From NCBI GenBank assembly GCA_016748015.1, contig JAAOMT010000046.1, forward strand, positions 892,697 to 956,696: a stretch of DNA of 64,000 nucleotides, read 5' to 3'. Source of the DNA: Geosiphon pyriformis uo1. Lineage: Eukaryota > Fungi > Glomeromycota. The notes below the pieces were generated by a model, which searched no databases, had not been told where the DNA came from, and worked only from the letters and a program-made list of their open reading frames with translations. The position numbers were made by a program, and so were the translations under genes. This document shows positions 35,351 to 49,624 of this stretch, piece after piece (within the stretch, counting starts at the first letter, position 1; the number at the start of each line of letters is the position of its first letter).

Positions 35351-38300
35351 ATATGTCTATAAAAAATGTTAAGCTTTCTATATTCAAATCCAGAACATCA
35401 AATATTATTATTATATCTTGCCAAATTTATCTATAACACCATTTAAGTGTAAAAAAACTTTGTTATACATAGTATTAAAAGATATTTTTCTATTTACTTA
35501 GTTATTAATAAGAATTGTGTATTGACACAATTCATCACATTTTTTTTTCGACCAAAAATGTTGTTTTATATTTTTTTATCTAGAAAAATTTTGTTATAAG
35601 TTAAACAAAATTTATTGTTTTACTTTTTTTGTTATTTTGGGTGTTCAAAACATTCTTAGTAGCACATTTTACAATAGTAACAAATATATGTTTCATATTC
35701 TTTTTTTGGTAAAATACAAGCTCCTATGAATAAAAGCTTTTTGTTGCAATCTATATACTTAAGTAAAATATAAAGTAGGTGTTTTTTTAATACTAATATT
35801 AAGTATGAGATACATCAATTGTTTACTGATTTTTCTGTAAAAGTAGTGGCTTGAAGTTCATTTTTTATATTTTTTCTTTTTTTTTATTCTAAATAAGTAT
35901 TAATAATAACTTGTTGTATTTTTTATTAGCTTATAATACTTGATATGCTTTTTAAATAGATTTTTTTTTTTTTCTTCAACTTAATCAATAATTGCTTTTT
36001 TAAATAAGTCTTAAAATAACCATAAATAGCCAATATCCAACTTTGCTGACCATTATAATTGAGCTAAAACTTTTGGATATTTCAGTTAAGTATTATATTG
36101 GTTTTGAACAGCTAGTTGTTATTAATAAGAATTTAATACTGTATAGTTTTCATAACTAAAACTTTAATAAGTATAATACTACTATTAATTTCAAATAAGA
36201 AGTTATTGATCTTGCTAATAAAAGTCTTTATTGTTCTATTAGTAATAATAATTTTGGCATTAATAATTTGATTAACTTAACAACTTAATTGGTCTATAAG
36301 TTAATATATAATAATACTGCCTACTAACCTACTATTAAGAATTAGTTTGATAAAATAACTATCAACTTTGGTATTAATATATATGGCAGTAATTAGTTTG
36401 GTATTTAGAATAGCTTTAGTAAAAAAAACATAATTATTGGTTTTTTAAGTTCAAAAAAAAATATTGTGATAAGCAACTCATCTTTTGTAATAATAATAGA
36501 TAGAATATTATTGGTAAATTGTTGTTTTAATTTTTCTAAATTGTTGAATTAAGTATTTTTTGGAATAATCAAAAGACTTAAATAGTTTTAAAAATTTGGG
36601 TTTTAAATATATCTACTTCTTAAACTCTATTGCCATTATTCTGATAGATAGTTTAATAAACTAAAGATTAATTAGTACATTACTATTCTTGATCTCTAAT
36701 TCTGTTAAGTGTACATAATTTTTGGTCTTTGGTTTTTAGTAAGTATTTGAATTAGATTTTGGAATAGTACTCAAATTTGCTGGGATTAATAGATTACTTG
36801 TAATTATAGTGCTTAATAAATTATTAGTGTTAAAGCTTAGTAGATTAAAAGTGAATATATTGGCTGTTACATTATCTGTATATAATAAAATTAATACTAA
36901 TATTGTTTTATTGTTGAGTTATAGCATAGTTTGGGATTTGAAACTTGCAATTAAGATTTTTAGATTGATTTTATGATTATAAATTATTAAACTTGAAATA
37001 ACAATTTGCTTTTAGATGGTCTTGTTTACTACAATAGTGATAATTACACATTTCTTGTTATCATAGTGGATTTGCTGATGCTGATAATAAACACAATTGA
37101 TTTTAAGCTGAATTTGAGTTTTTTTAATTGTTATAATGTTGTAGAAATTGATAAATTGCTGTATTGTTAGTTAAGTATCCTTCTAATTTCTAATTAATTG
37201 ATTTGCTAAATTGATTTAATTTTAAATTCAATTTATATGATCTGTTTATTATTAGATTTATGACTTGAGTATAATTGGCTTTAAGCTTAGACAATTCAAA
37301 ATTTTTGATATAAATAACTGCATTTTGGAGTGTATTTAAGTGTAATAAACATATTTGTTATAACAAACTACTACATAATTTACAAATAAATTGATTCAAA
37401 ATCTGTAGTACTGTAAAGTAATTAGTATTAATTACTTGAATTTAGCACAGATAACAATAAAAGTGTTCTAAATAGGTTGTGACTGCTTTTGTATCATCTT
37501 GCTTATTGGTAGTAAATTTTGTCAACAAGTAGTTAATACTGTTATAATCACTAAAATATTGCAAAAAATTTGTTTAAATATGTTAAAGATTTGAAACTTA
37601 TTAACCAAGCTCTGATATTATAAGTTAGCAGTATTTTAAAAAAAATATGGGAATAGCTTAAAGTGCTTTAGTATTGTTTTAGTTATTGGTTGTAATGGCT
37701 TTTGTGACATTATTTAGCCAGATTTGTATATTGTTTTCTTTGTTGGTTAATTTTTTGAGTTTTACAATTAAAATATAAATTATTAATACTAATAGTAATT
37801 GTTATTGGTATTAAAAAACAACTATTGGTGCAATTGATAATAAATTGATTCTATTAACTGGAAGTATATTTTGTTAAATAATAAGAGCAGAATTTAAATT
37901 GTTTGAGTTTTGTTAAGTTTAAACAATTGAAGTTTGTATTTTTGATTTATTTGAAATTGAATTTTGCTTATTATTTTTTTGATTACTGTTTTTTTTTCTT
38001 TTAAATTGATGTCTGCCTAATTATTAGTAAATTCGAAATTAAGTTGAGGTAATGATAATTAAAATTCTAATGGTGTTGTTGGTCATTATTTAAATCCTTT
38101 AAAATAATTATTATAGATTCTTAATAATTTGGTTTTTTTCTTGTTTATTTTAAAATAGTACTCATGCTAATAGTATTTTTAACATAAATATAACTGTTAA
38201 TATTATTTGAATAGTGCTTTTAGATATGTAATATTTAAAAAACTTTCTCTTGTCGATCCCCTGACCATGATGAGAGTGATATTTTATTGAAGTCTTAATT

Positions 38301-38366
38301 AGTTCTTTTCTTTTCTCCTCTTGTTTTTTTCTAATTATTTCTTCCGACTTTCTTCCCTTTGTTGTG

Positions 38367-40325
38367 ATGGAACTGGTAGGCTCTTCTGCTGGTGGTTCTA
38401 GTTTTGTTTCGGCTGGGTTGGGGATCTGGCCTAATAATAAAAAGAAAGTGTGTATTGAGAATGTGTACTCTTATGGCTCTTCATACAAGAAATCTAGAAA
38501 TCCTGGTGTACCTGGTGGTGTGGTGAATTTGTTAGCTGGTTCTGTTCCTGGCAATGTTTTGCAAGCTGGTAATTTGGAGCACAAAGTGTCTTGGAGTAGT
38601 GAAATAAAAAGCGAGAATGCTAGTGTTAGTGGAGTGTCTGACTTGGAAAACATAACCAATATGATAGCAAAAAAAATGAGTTACATGAGTTCCAGCAGTT
38701 CCAAAGCTAATGATATGATGGATAATATGACTCTAAAAAAGACATGAACAAGGACATATGTTCTGGGACAACTGTTGAAGAAACTTTCTTTCAACAATAT
38801 GAGTGATGTCAATGATGTTTTAAAGCTCCAGTTTCCCAAATTTCAAGGTTCCAATCAGCTGCCAAGTCTTAAGTCATGTGTTCTGAAAAAAAGAAGCTTC
38901 GAAGCAGCAAAATCATTCGCATTGAATGTTGAGTTGTCTGCCATGTCTGGAAAAACAAATGGTGATAAGTTAATTGCAATTAAAAAAATTTTCTATCAGA
39001 TTAATAGTTTTGAAGGAGCATTGACTTCCTCAAAATTCCCAGAAATTATCAAAGCTTTATTTACATCTGATTTTAATATGAAAAAGGCAAAGGAATTGAC
39101 AATCTGTAAGAAAATTATTGTTAATGATAATCTAAGAAAGGTAAACAGCTGTTTAAATCAAGAGGTAATTATTAAGAAGATCCCAGTAGATCTTCTCAAA
39201 TCAGCAATTGAGTCAGTGTTCTCTAAATTTGGTCAGATAATTTTGATTAGGATGCAGCTGATTGGGCTTTGGCAAAAAGCTTTAGTAAAATTTGAGTCAT
39301 CAGATGTGGCTAGCTTGGTTGCTTCTAAATGGTCAGTTCTTGTGGGTAAAGATTCTGTTCATATTGCATTGGCTGTAAATGACAAAGAATTATGGGTAGT
39401 AAGAAATTATTATTAGGCATTGCTTTATACTCTTCCAGTTGGTATGATAGCTTATGATTTATCTGATTTGTTGAAATTATATGGTGAAAAGACTTGTCTC
39501 ATTAGATGTAATCTCAGTTCTTATATGTGTAATAGATGTGTGATTGTGTGTTTTGTTAATGAGACATCTAAATTGGCTGCTATTGGTTCTACTCCAGTGT
39601 TTAAAAGTGTGAATTTGTGCTGAACTGGTCTTTCTTTGGTCTGTTGTGCCAAATGCAAGCAATTTGGTCATATTTCTACAGGGTGTTTATCGAGTGGAAA
39701 TTTTGGTGGTCGTGATAAATGGGTGGTGACTTTTCAGAATTGGGTTCATTTGGCAAACATATATAAGAAGAAGCAGGCACCAATTATTCACCCAGTTTCT
39801 TTTAGTGGAAAAACTTGGGCTTAGGTGGCTGGTGGTTCTTTTTTTTGTATGGTTTTGTCAGATCTTTCTGGTACTGGTTTGTCTTTGGGTGTGAAACCTG
39901 TTCTATTGGTTTCTAATTTCCTTGGTAATTCTTGTTTGGTTAATTAATTGGCTTCTCTGAAATGCTCTTTGGAGCTTTTAGTGAATCAGATTTTGGATAA
40001 TTTGAAAAAATTGAGTTTTGTGGAATTGATGCTTCTGGCATTCAGTCTCTGTGTATCTCCTCTGGTTGTTCCTGTATCTGTTATAGTTAATTTGAACCCA
40101 GATATGATTCTAAATGATATGACAATGTTTTCTCCTCTCTTTTTTTTAGTTGTTACAAATCTGGTTGCTGACTTTAGTTCAAGTAGTTCTAGGGTCTTAA
40201 CTATTAAGATGAGTGAATTGAAATCCAAAATGATGGCTTTGGAGGTGTCAGTTGAATCTGTTTTGGAAAGATTGAATTGTTTGTGCTCTGGTTTAGAATT
40301 GTCAACTTCTTTTACTCCTCAATGA
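38367..40325 (+). pseudogene. LINE-B ORF1 (RRM-like region plus CCHC knuckle)
   Basis: IESVFSKFGQI..WQKALVKF; CAKCKQFGHISTGC; several premature stops. Confidence 0.88.
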
Positions 40326-43300
40326 GTGACTTTGTGTGGAAATTTGTAATGTATAATGTTTGCAGTATCAATGTTCCCACCAAGCAGGAGGATGTTATCC
40401 ATTGGCATAGTAATTCTGGGAATTTGGTTTCAATAATTACTGAGACAAAGCTAAGGTTTAGTAGTAGGCCTTGGATTAGGAATAAGTTTGATGGAGTCAG
40501 AGTTTTTACATCTGGGTTGGATAAAGGGTTTCTCGGTGCTGGACTTGCAATCATTATGAACAATTTTCTAGCTCATCATGTTTGTAAGATTTCTGAGGTG
40601 TCTAATTGGCTCCTTTCAGTCAAGCTGTTATTCAAAAATAAACTTTTTGTATTGATTTTGGGACTCTACACTGGGGCATCTCTGGCTGTTTGTTTCTCTC
40701 AGGCTAATAATGTCAATTCTATGATAGCAAAGGCAGTTAATAAATTCTCATTTGTGGTTTTAAGTAGTGACTTTAATGAAAATGGATCCTAAAGATGTGC
40801 TAGTTTCAAAAAGTGTCTAAATCTTGGTTTGGTCAACTCTTTGGGTGGAAGTTTTTATGTTAAAACACTTACATGGACTAACTCTCAAAGCATGGCTAAG
40901 ACTATCAATTTTTTGTTTATTTTCTCAAACTTGGTTAATGCTGTAGTGGACTGCATAGTATCTAATGTTGGTGAATTTTTTGATACTGATCATTGGGCTG
41001 TTTTTGTGTCAGTGGGTTTGGGTGGACTTTTGGATGTGCAACTGAATTTTCTTCACAAGCAAGCAAATAAGGATTGATGAAAATTTGATTTCAAAGATGC
41101 TGATGAGTCTAAATAAAACAATTTTAAAGATGCTACGTTGGCCAATGCTGCAATGTTCTCAGATGAGTTTGCCATCTCCACAAGATTTTCGGATTTGGAT
41201 GTAATGTGGGATATTATTCGCAAAGTAATGGTTTTCTCAGCTAATGAGGTGTTTAAAAAGAAATGGTTTAAGAGCTTTGATAATGTTTTCACCAAGGAAT
41301 TTTCAAGATTTCACAAGTTGAAGCTCTTGGTTTCTAAAATTGTCAGGACTTTATATAAGAAAAGTTTTGTAAATTTTGATTTGCTTATAAGACACTGAAT
41401 TTCTTTGGACAATGATAAAGCTTCAGTTATTCAGGATGTTGTGAACTCTGGCATTGGCTTTGATTGCATTTGTTCTGTTCTTTTTGGTGCTAAAAAGTCT
41501 TATCATGCTGCCAAGCTTGCTAATTCTCTGAAGGCTAAGAAGACAAACATTAGATTAGCTATTAATAGAAGAATGGAGAGCTTTGAGATTAATAAATGCT
41601 ATACACTCAGAAGTGTGCTAGAATGTTTCTTTCGCAAAGTGACACTTAATCATCTGGTTGTTAATAATAAACTGATTCTGGAATCTAATTTAGTTAAGTC
41701 CGAGGTAGATGTGATTATAGAAGGTTGAACTAGGAAGTACAGAATGATAGATAATATTTTCAGTAACTGGTACTGCCAATATCAACTATTGGAATATGTT
41801 TTTGATAAGACTTTTTCTGGTGTTATGTATTCAATTGAACTTAATAAGTTGATTGATGTGGTTTCTAATCTGCCTGATGGCAAAGCTGCTGGTCTCTCAG
41901 GTGTGTTGAATGAGCTCTGGAAGCATTGTGATAGGTCAGTTTTGGATATGTTTTTGGTGCTTTTAAATTTCTGTTTGTCTAGTGAATTAGTGCCCAGCTC
42001 TTGGAAGGAGGCTTGGGTCTCAATGATTCCAAAGCTATATGAGTGGGAAGATGTTCTGATGAATACCTATCCTATTGCTTTAATCAAGACGGTTCACAAG
42101 ATCCTTTTCAAGATTTTTTTTGATAGAATTTCTTTGACATACAGCACATTTAATGTTCTTCATGGAGACAATTTTTTGGTTTTGAAGAATATATCAACTC
42201 AGTCTCTTATTTTTGCTGTTGGTTCAGTTGTTGAAAATGCTTTGGAAAAAAACTGAGAACTTTAGCTGGTTTTGCAAGACATGTGAAAGACATACGATTC
42301 GGTTGGCTGAAAACATCTTAAGAAAAGTTTGGTCAAGATCAAAATGTGCAGCAAGTTCATTCATTTTTTTAGTGGTATTCATAAGAATTGCACCAATAGA
42401 GTTATAACAGATTTCAGTCTAACAGATGGTTATTATGTGCATGACAGTCTGGATCAAGGAGAGGTGTTTTTTCCCCTCCTGTGGCACATATTTTATGACC
42501 CTTTATTGTGTAAAATCAAGCATCAGGAAAGTATGTGTAGATATATGTTGAATTCTTATTTTATTTCCAAAAGTGGTTGTGCTAAGTCTCAGGCTGAGCT
42601 TTCTTTTTTTTTTGCTGCTGGTGCTTTTGTCAATGATACAATTTGAGTTGGAAGCAGTCAAAGAGCTACTCAACACATTCTTGATGTTACTGGCAAATTC
42701 TTTTGGATCAATAACATTTCTATCAATAATGACAAGACAGTAGCCATTCTCATTAACTGCAGGGCTGGTACTCCTTCTCTTTTCATTAGTAGATCACCGA
42801 TTTTCATTGCCAAAAAGGGTGAATTTCATCAGTATTTAGGTATTTTTCTCTTAACTGAAGGTCTTTTGAAGCCTAGTTTGGCTAAGACAAACTCAGACAT
42901 TCGTTTTTTTAGCAATTTGGCTCTAAGGAAGGCTATCTCGAATAAGCAGCTCCTGTATTTGGTTTTAGTGGTTCTCCATTTTATAGTTGGTTATAAAACT
43001 CAATTCAGTTTTGTTCCTGTTGGTGTGTGCAACAAGTGGGATGCTTTGATTCATAAGGACTTAAAGCTTAAATCTGGCTTGCCACTTGACTTTCCTAGTA
43101 ATATGATTTATCATCCCTTCTTTTATGGTTTGAAATCTTTTTTTCAAGTTTAGTCTAAGGGCAAAGTGGCCTTTCTTGTTAGTTTTGCAAACTCTGGTGG
43201 TATTCTGAGTCGTTTATTCTCTCACAGATCCCATGACTTGCAAGTTCTGTGCTGGCACCCTGTTCACCTATTGAGTTCTCCTATTCATATTCAAGTTAAT

Positions 43301-45010
43301 GCTTCTAATAACTTTCTGGTGGACATAGTACACATTCTTATTGATTGCAATTTGTCTCTGAATGGCTCTTTGGCCAATTTTTTTTGGTTCTGTGGTGGGG
43401 TCTCTATGTCAAGTATTCTGGGCAAATCCCAATTTTTTAAGTTCTTTTCTTCTTTCTGGTGGTATGGTATTGTTTTTGTTGATCAACTTTGTGATCATCA
43501 TGGTTTTGTCTTTAATTGGCACACTTTCAAGTGTTGGAAGAGATTAGACCTCTGTGGTCCTGTTCCTAAGTAGTTCAAGTTCTCTATTGCATTTCTTAAT
43601 AATAGAAGTTCTTTTTTTATTCATCTCTCAGTTTTGACTGGTGTTGGTTCCTTGAACATTCTTGAATCTTGTGATTTTGTTTTTGTTTGTAATTGTCTTT
43701 CACAAGTTCATACTGACAGTTTGTTAGTGTATACAGATAGGTCCCTTAGTAATCTGAGTGCAGTCAGATGTAAAGCTAGTGCTGCCACTTTTTTTGAAGA
43801 CATTGATTTGGGTTTGGGTATTGGTGTATTAGGTTTGATGTTATCGACTTTAGCGGAGTTGTAGGCTATTGCACTGGCTCTAAAGTGTGTCCCCTCACTG
43901 AGCTCTGTTAAATTGTTCTCAGATAGTCAATCTGCTCTGAATGTCTGTAGATCAGAATTGGGTCTGGTATATCCTGACTTTCATAATCAGTGTTGGGTTG
44001 AATGTTATTATATTGTCAATGTTATTTGCAATAAGAATTTGAGGGTCAGCTGGCATAAAGTTAAAGATTACTTTGGTGTTTTAGGGAATAAATGCACTAA
44101 TGTGATTGCCAGTGATGCTTTTCTCTCTAGCTGGCATCTTCCTTCTTGTCTGGATGAATGCTTTATGTTGGCTGATAGTAGTATTGTTTCTGGCAATTCT
44201 AGACATTTTGTCTGTGATGTTTATCACTCAGTTTGTTGTGCATGCTGGGAGGTTGGTTTTGGTTCCAAGTTTTTGACAAGCAATTTGCTTTTTGAGGTTG
44301 ATTGGCTCCACTCGTCTTTGGTATGGCACCCTGACTTGCACATGACCACCAGTTTTACTAGTAGACCTTCAACTAATGCATGTACTTACTTTATAAAAGC
44401 TTTATACCACTGGCTGCCAGTTGCCATTCGGAAGTGCCTTTATAATAGACTCTACCCAAATGTGTTGTGCTTATATTGTGAAGATGTAGAGGCATCGGAT
44501 CATGTGTTTTCTTATAGAATTGATAGTTCTAGTTAATGTCAGTTGCTGAAATTCCATGTGGACTTCTGGAAGATGGTTTTTGGTCTCGCTCATTCTTTTT
44601 TGGGTATATTACAACTGTTGTTATCCTGTGTTTCTGACTTGTTTCTGTCCATGGCTCTTTATAAGAGTTTTGTTTTTAATGGTTGGTTTTGTGAAACAGT
44701 TGCCATCTTTTATGACCCCAAAGTTGCTGGTTTGGAAATTGTCAAATTTGTGCACTCTCTTAGTCTTGCTTTTAGAAGTGATGTCTGGTCAGTTTGTGCT
44801 AAACATTGTGCTTATATAGAGAAGAATGGGTTGATTCCACTTGATGGCTTGGTTCTTATCTCAGTTTTTGGTTTGGTTTTGGAATTGTCGGCTAGGGTGG
44901 TCAAATTGCTTAGCATTACTGATGTTTTTGGTGTTTGTTTTGGCTTTTGCAAATTTTGTTTGTTTTTTTCAGGCATAAATGACTCGATTTCAATTCACAT
45001 AGCTGCGTAG
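40322..45010 (+). pseudogene. LINE-B ORF2: APE endonuclease, RT, RNase H, C-terminal Zn finger
   Basis: YNVCSIN/ITETKL/SDFN/TDH; LQDM*KTYDSV, QGEV..P, AFVNDT; VYTDRS, AEL, FSDSQSAL, KVKDYFGVLGN; CLYCEDVEASDH. Confidence 0.93.
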
Positions 45011-45829
45011 TGTTATTCTAATTGGCCTGAATGGCTGGTCACATGTAGAAAATGCATAATTCACATCTAGTTTAGATCATTTTTTTGATGTATAGCACTA
45101 GATAGTGTTTGGATCTCACTGGTAAAGCAAATAATAATAAAAAATATGTAATAATATAATGAGTTAATAAATAAAACAACTCTTAATTTTTTCTAAATAG
45201 GCAATTGTATTTTCTTTGGAATTTTTGCTAAAATTTGTAACTTCTCTTTTTCTTTGTTAGCAAAAGTAATAAGAAATTTTTGTTTAATGTAGTTTTTAAT
45301 TTTGCAATTTATTTCTGTGATTATTGGGATAAAACAATAATTTTGTGGAAGACTAATATATTATAATAATTTATTATAGAAATTTTTAATAGCAGCTTTT
45401 GAATTTTTTTGGTCTTTTAAATAGTGTATAATTCTTTTGTTAATATAAAAATTAAAAGCTAATTTTGCTAACTAATAATTATTTGTTAGTTTAAGATAAG
45501 TTTGATAATGTTAAAATAAAGATTTTATAAATTCTAAGTGATTTTTTTTTATAATTTTTTGGTCTGCTACTTTTCTGAATGATTGTTAATAATATTTGTT
45601 CTCTGTTAAATTATATTTCACAAAAAGCACTAATATTATAGGTAATTATTTAGAGTGTTGAAATAAATAACAAACTTATAACTTGCTACTTAATAGCTGT
45701 TAATAATATTGATTTTTAAAGATTTTTGAATATTTAAAGATTTTGGTTAAGTTTTTTATATTATAAACAAAAATTTAAATAATAATACTTTTATTTAATT
45801 TCTTATTTTTGTAATTAGTTTAGTAATAA

Positions 45830-48800
45830 AAAATATATTAAAAAAAATAAAAAAATTGTAATTAATTCTATAAAATATACAAAAAACATATAATTTTATA
45901 AACTAGTAATACTTAAAATTCAGTTTGTTTTAAATTAAGATGTATAAAAAGTTTATTAATTTTTTTGGCAATATATATAATAGCAAAATAAACAAAGTTA
46001 TAATAAAATTTAATTTATTAAATAGTTACAAAGTACATAATAGTTTTAATTAAAAAAAAATATTTTTATTGTTATTATAAAAAATTTATGTAAATACAAA
46101 ATAAATTTAGAATTTATAACAAAAACAGATTACATAAAATTAGTTATAAATCTAATATTATTTTTTACTATTGAAACTTTTGTGAATAATACAATTTGAA
46201 TTAATAATTTCTAAGCTATATTTTAGTATATTTTAAATATTGTTAGTAAATTTTATAATATATATAAAATAATTATTAATAATAATAAAACTATAATTAT
46301 TTCTATATATTATTAAATTATAATTTTATTTTTAAGTATTTTTAATAAATTTATATTTATTGCAAAAAAATAAGTACAGATATTTTGGCATATTTTTATT
46401 AATTAGTAATTTGTTTAAATTTAGTTTAAAAAAGATTCAATTAAATGTTAATTTTTTTGCAAAAATATTATTATTTAAAACAATATTAGATAAACAATTT
46501 ATGTATCTTATTTTAATAATATTACTTAGTGTAAATTTGTTTTTAAAAGTATTTATTTAAAATAAAATTTAATAATCAGATGTAAATTAAAATCTAAAGT
46601 TATTTTGTTTGTAACTTTTTTTAATAAAACAATCTATTATTTATTGCTATATAATCTCAAGTTTTTTAAACAAGTTTAAACAAAAAAAAGTAACTAATAT
46701 AATAGTTTTGTTAATACAAGTAGTATTTTTAAAAAAAATTTCAATTATAAAATAATAAATCTATAAGTTACAAATTAAATATTATATTATCTTTTAATAA
46801 TTTTTACTAAATTATTAATAAATTTGGCTAATCAATTTTTGGTTAATATAACTGGTATTTTTTTGAATTGTAATTTGTTTTTAATAAATAATTTGTTTTG
46901 TGTTTTCTATTTTAAGAATAATATTTTAATTTCTAATATGTTTAATTTTATTAATATAATAAAATTTTGAAAAAATTTGATATTACTTTTGTTAATTAGC
47001 TTCTAAATTGTAATAGTATTATTTAAAAAAATTTTAATGTTAAAAAAAGTTAGATTTTAGAATTTTGTATTTATTTAATTTAGTTTTAATATTGTATTTA
47101 TTAAAAATAAAAATTTTGTTTACTAATATATTTAAAATAATTTTGACTATTTTGGTTTGTATTAATTTATTTTTAATAATTATAATATTATTAAAAAGTG
47201 TTTAATAAAAACTAATTTAAATATTATTAATATTTATATAAATAGTTTAATCAAGAATTTTGGATTTTTTTACAGCTATTGCTAATATTGCTACCTATTT
47301 TTTAAATTTAAATTTATATATAAAAAGTTAATTTATATAGTATATTGTTTTTTTTGATTAAATTTTATGTTATTATAATAGCTTTAAATTGTGTTTTTTT
47401 ACAAGATTCTGTAATTTTGTATTTAAACAATTAGATTTTTTTAAATATGTATAATTTTAAAATAATTATTTTAAGTCTTAATTTTTACAATAGTTATTAA
47501 ATTAAACACAAATATATTTAAAATACAATTAAAAACAAGAAATTTTTGGTGTATTAAATTAAAATTAAAAATTACTTTAGAATAATTAGTAATATAAATA
47601 CAAACTTTTTTGTTAAAAATATTACAAATTTATTTTATTTTGTATTATAATTTTTATAAATATTATTTAATAGCAAAAAACAGATTGATTTCTAATAATA
47701 CATATTATGTTATTAAAAAGTTATATAATATTATTAACTATACTAATTAAGAATTATATTATATTAACAGATTTGTAAATAAATTATTAATTTATAATAT
47801 TGATTTAGTATATACAGTTTTAATATAATATTTTAATAATTATATATATACTAATACAACAAATTTGGTGTTTACTATTTTTTGTTTTTATTTTATAAAA
47901 GTTTTATATAAATATTTATTAATTACTACAAAAAAAAATTTTATGATTTAATATATTTTAGTATTAATTTTTTAAATTGTAAATTGGTAAAAAATTCAAA
48001 TTACATTTTTTTATATAATATTAATACAGCTATAAAAAAAACATTATAATTTATATTATTGTCAAATAAATACATATTTTTAATTATTTAATTACAGTTT
48101 TTTTAATTATTTAATTATTATATAATATAATTATTAATAATCATTTTTATATAACAATAATTAAAGATTTTGTGTTAAATAATTGGTTTTAAGATGATAA
48201 AAGTAAATAATAGTGTTAATAATATTGTTATATGTATTATATTGTTTATATATAATATAGTTGCTTATTATAAAACAGAAATTTGATTATTTAAAATAAA
48301 ATTACATGTATTTTATAAGTTTTATAACTTATTAATTGAAAATAGTTTAATAATTCAAATTATTATTGGTTTATTTTATATTATTGTTAATTTAAATCTG
48401 TTTATATTAGATTTTAATAATAATTTTTGGTTTTACTGGTTTTTTAATTTTGTTATCTATTAAATTAAATAATAAATTTTGTAATATTTATAATATAAGT
48501 ATATAATATTGTTTTATTTAGTTTAAATAACTGGTTATATATAAAAAAACATAAATTATACTTATTTTATAGTTTTAATTAATTATATATTAATAGATAA
48601 TAGTTAAACTGTATTTATTAATTAATAAAAATAATTTAAATTAAATTTAAACAAAGTTAAAACATTAATTATAAAACATAATATTATTTTAATTATTAAT
48701 TTAAAATATGTATTTATGTATTTATATTAATAAATTATTATTAAAAAAAATTTTGTTAATATTTTTAAAATAATTATAAAATTAGTTTTTTTAAATTTAA

Positions 48801-49196
48801 TAAAATAGTGTTAATTAAAATACAATTTATTAATTTATAATAAAAAATTGTAATAAAATTTATTAATTTAGAAATTACTAAATTAAAAATATTTAAATAA
48901 TTAATTTTATTAAAAAAATTTACAATATATAATAAAAATTAAAATTAATAAAACACTTTATATTTTTTTATATTTTATTAATAAAGCATTTATAATTATA
49001 AAAACTACTTAATAATAATTTGTAAAAATACTTTTTTTAAATAAAATAATAATTAAATAGTTTTTTGTTAATTTAAAAACATTTTTTATTTTTGATTAAA
49101 AGTTTTTTTTTCAAAATTATTTTAAAACAGTTTATTTAAAATAATTTTAATATTGTTATTAGAGATTTTTACAATTTTTAATATAAATATTATAAC
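45830..49196. other. Extremely AT-rich relic DNA, continuing at 62977-64000; probably an ancient decayed transposon
   Basis: Almost no G/C runs. Faint LINE ORF1-like trace (TAGCTTCTAAAT..., ASKW-like) near 46997. Confidence 0.35.
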
Positions 49197-49624
49197 AACA
49201 TACTATATTATGAGTTTTAACTGGTTTTACAAAATATGCAAAAGACTTATAACTCTGTAAATTGGCATTATTTAAAAAATAGTTTAGTTTAAATTAAGAT
49301 ATGTAAAAAATTTATCAGATTTTTTGAGAGTATTCACAATAATAGAATTAATTGAATTATGATTAATTATGATTTAACTGATAGATATTGTATACATAAT
49401 AATTTAAACCAAAACAAAGTTTTTTTTCTTCTGCTTTGGAAGATTTTTTATGATTTTTTTCTATGCAAAATCAAAAGACATAAGAGCTTATATAATTACT
49501 ATATTAATATCAAATTTATTGTCAAGACTAATAAAATAGAAAATCAAAGTAAGTTGTTTTTATTTTTGGCAGCTAATGTTTTCATTAATAACACAATTTA
49601 AGTGAGCAGTAATCAGGCTGCTAC

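Larger units (their letters stand above)
38243..45143 (+). mobile_element. Full-length non-LTR retrotransposon LINE-B (APE-RT-RNase H-CCHC)
   Basis: 5' UTR, two ORFs, 3' UTR and an A-rich tail; TSD ATATGTAATA at 38224-38233 and 45144-45153. Confidence 0.95.
35900..45800 (-). mobile_element. Degenerate gypsy element F (A-related): LTR end at ~45634, PBS, gag-protease; split by LINE-B
   Basis: LTR/PBS remnant at 45618-45790. The gag frame continues across the LINE (45153 to 38223). Protease ..FIKLILNSRLVGSII..IKVLVMKT at ~36050-36400. Confidence 0.8.
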
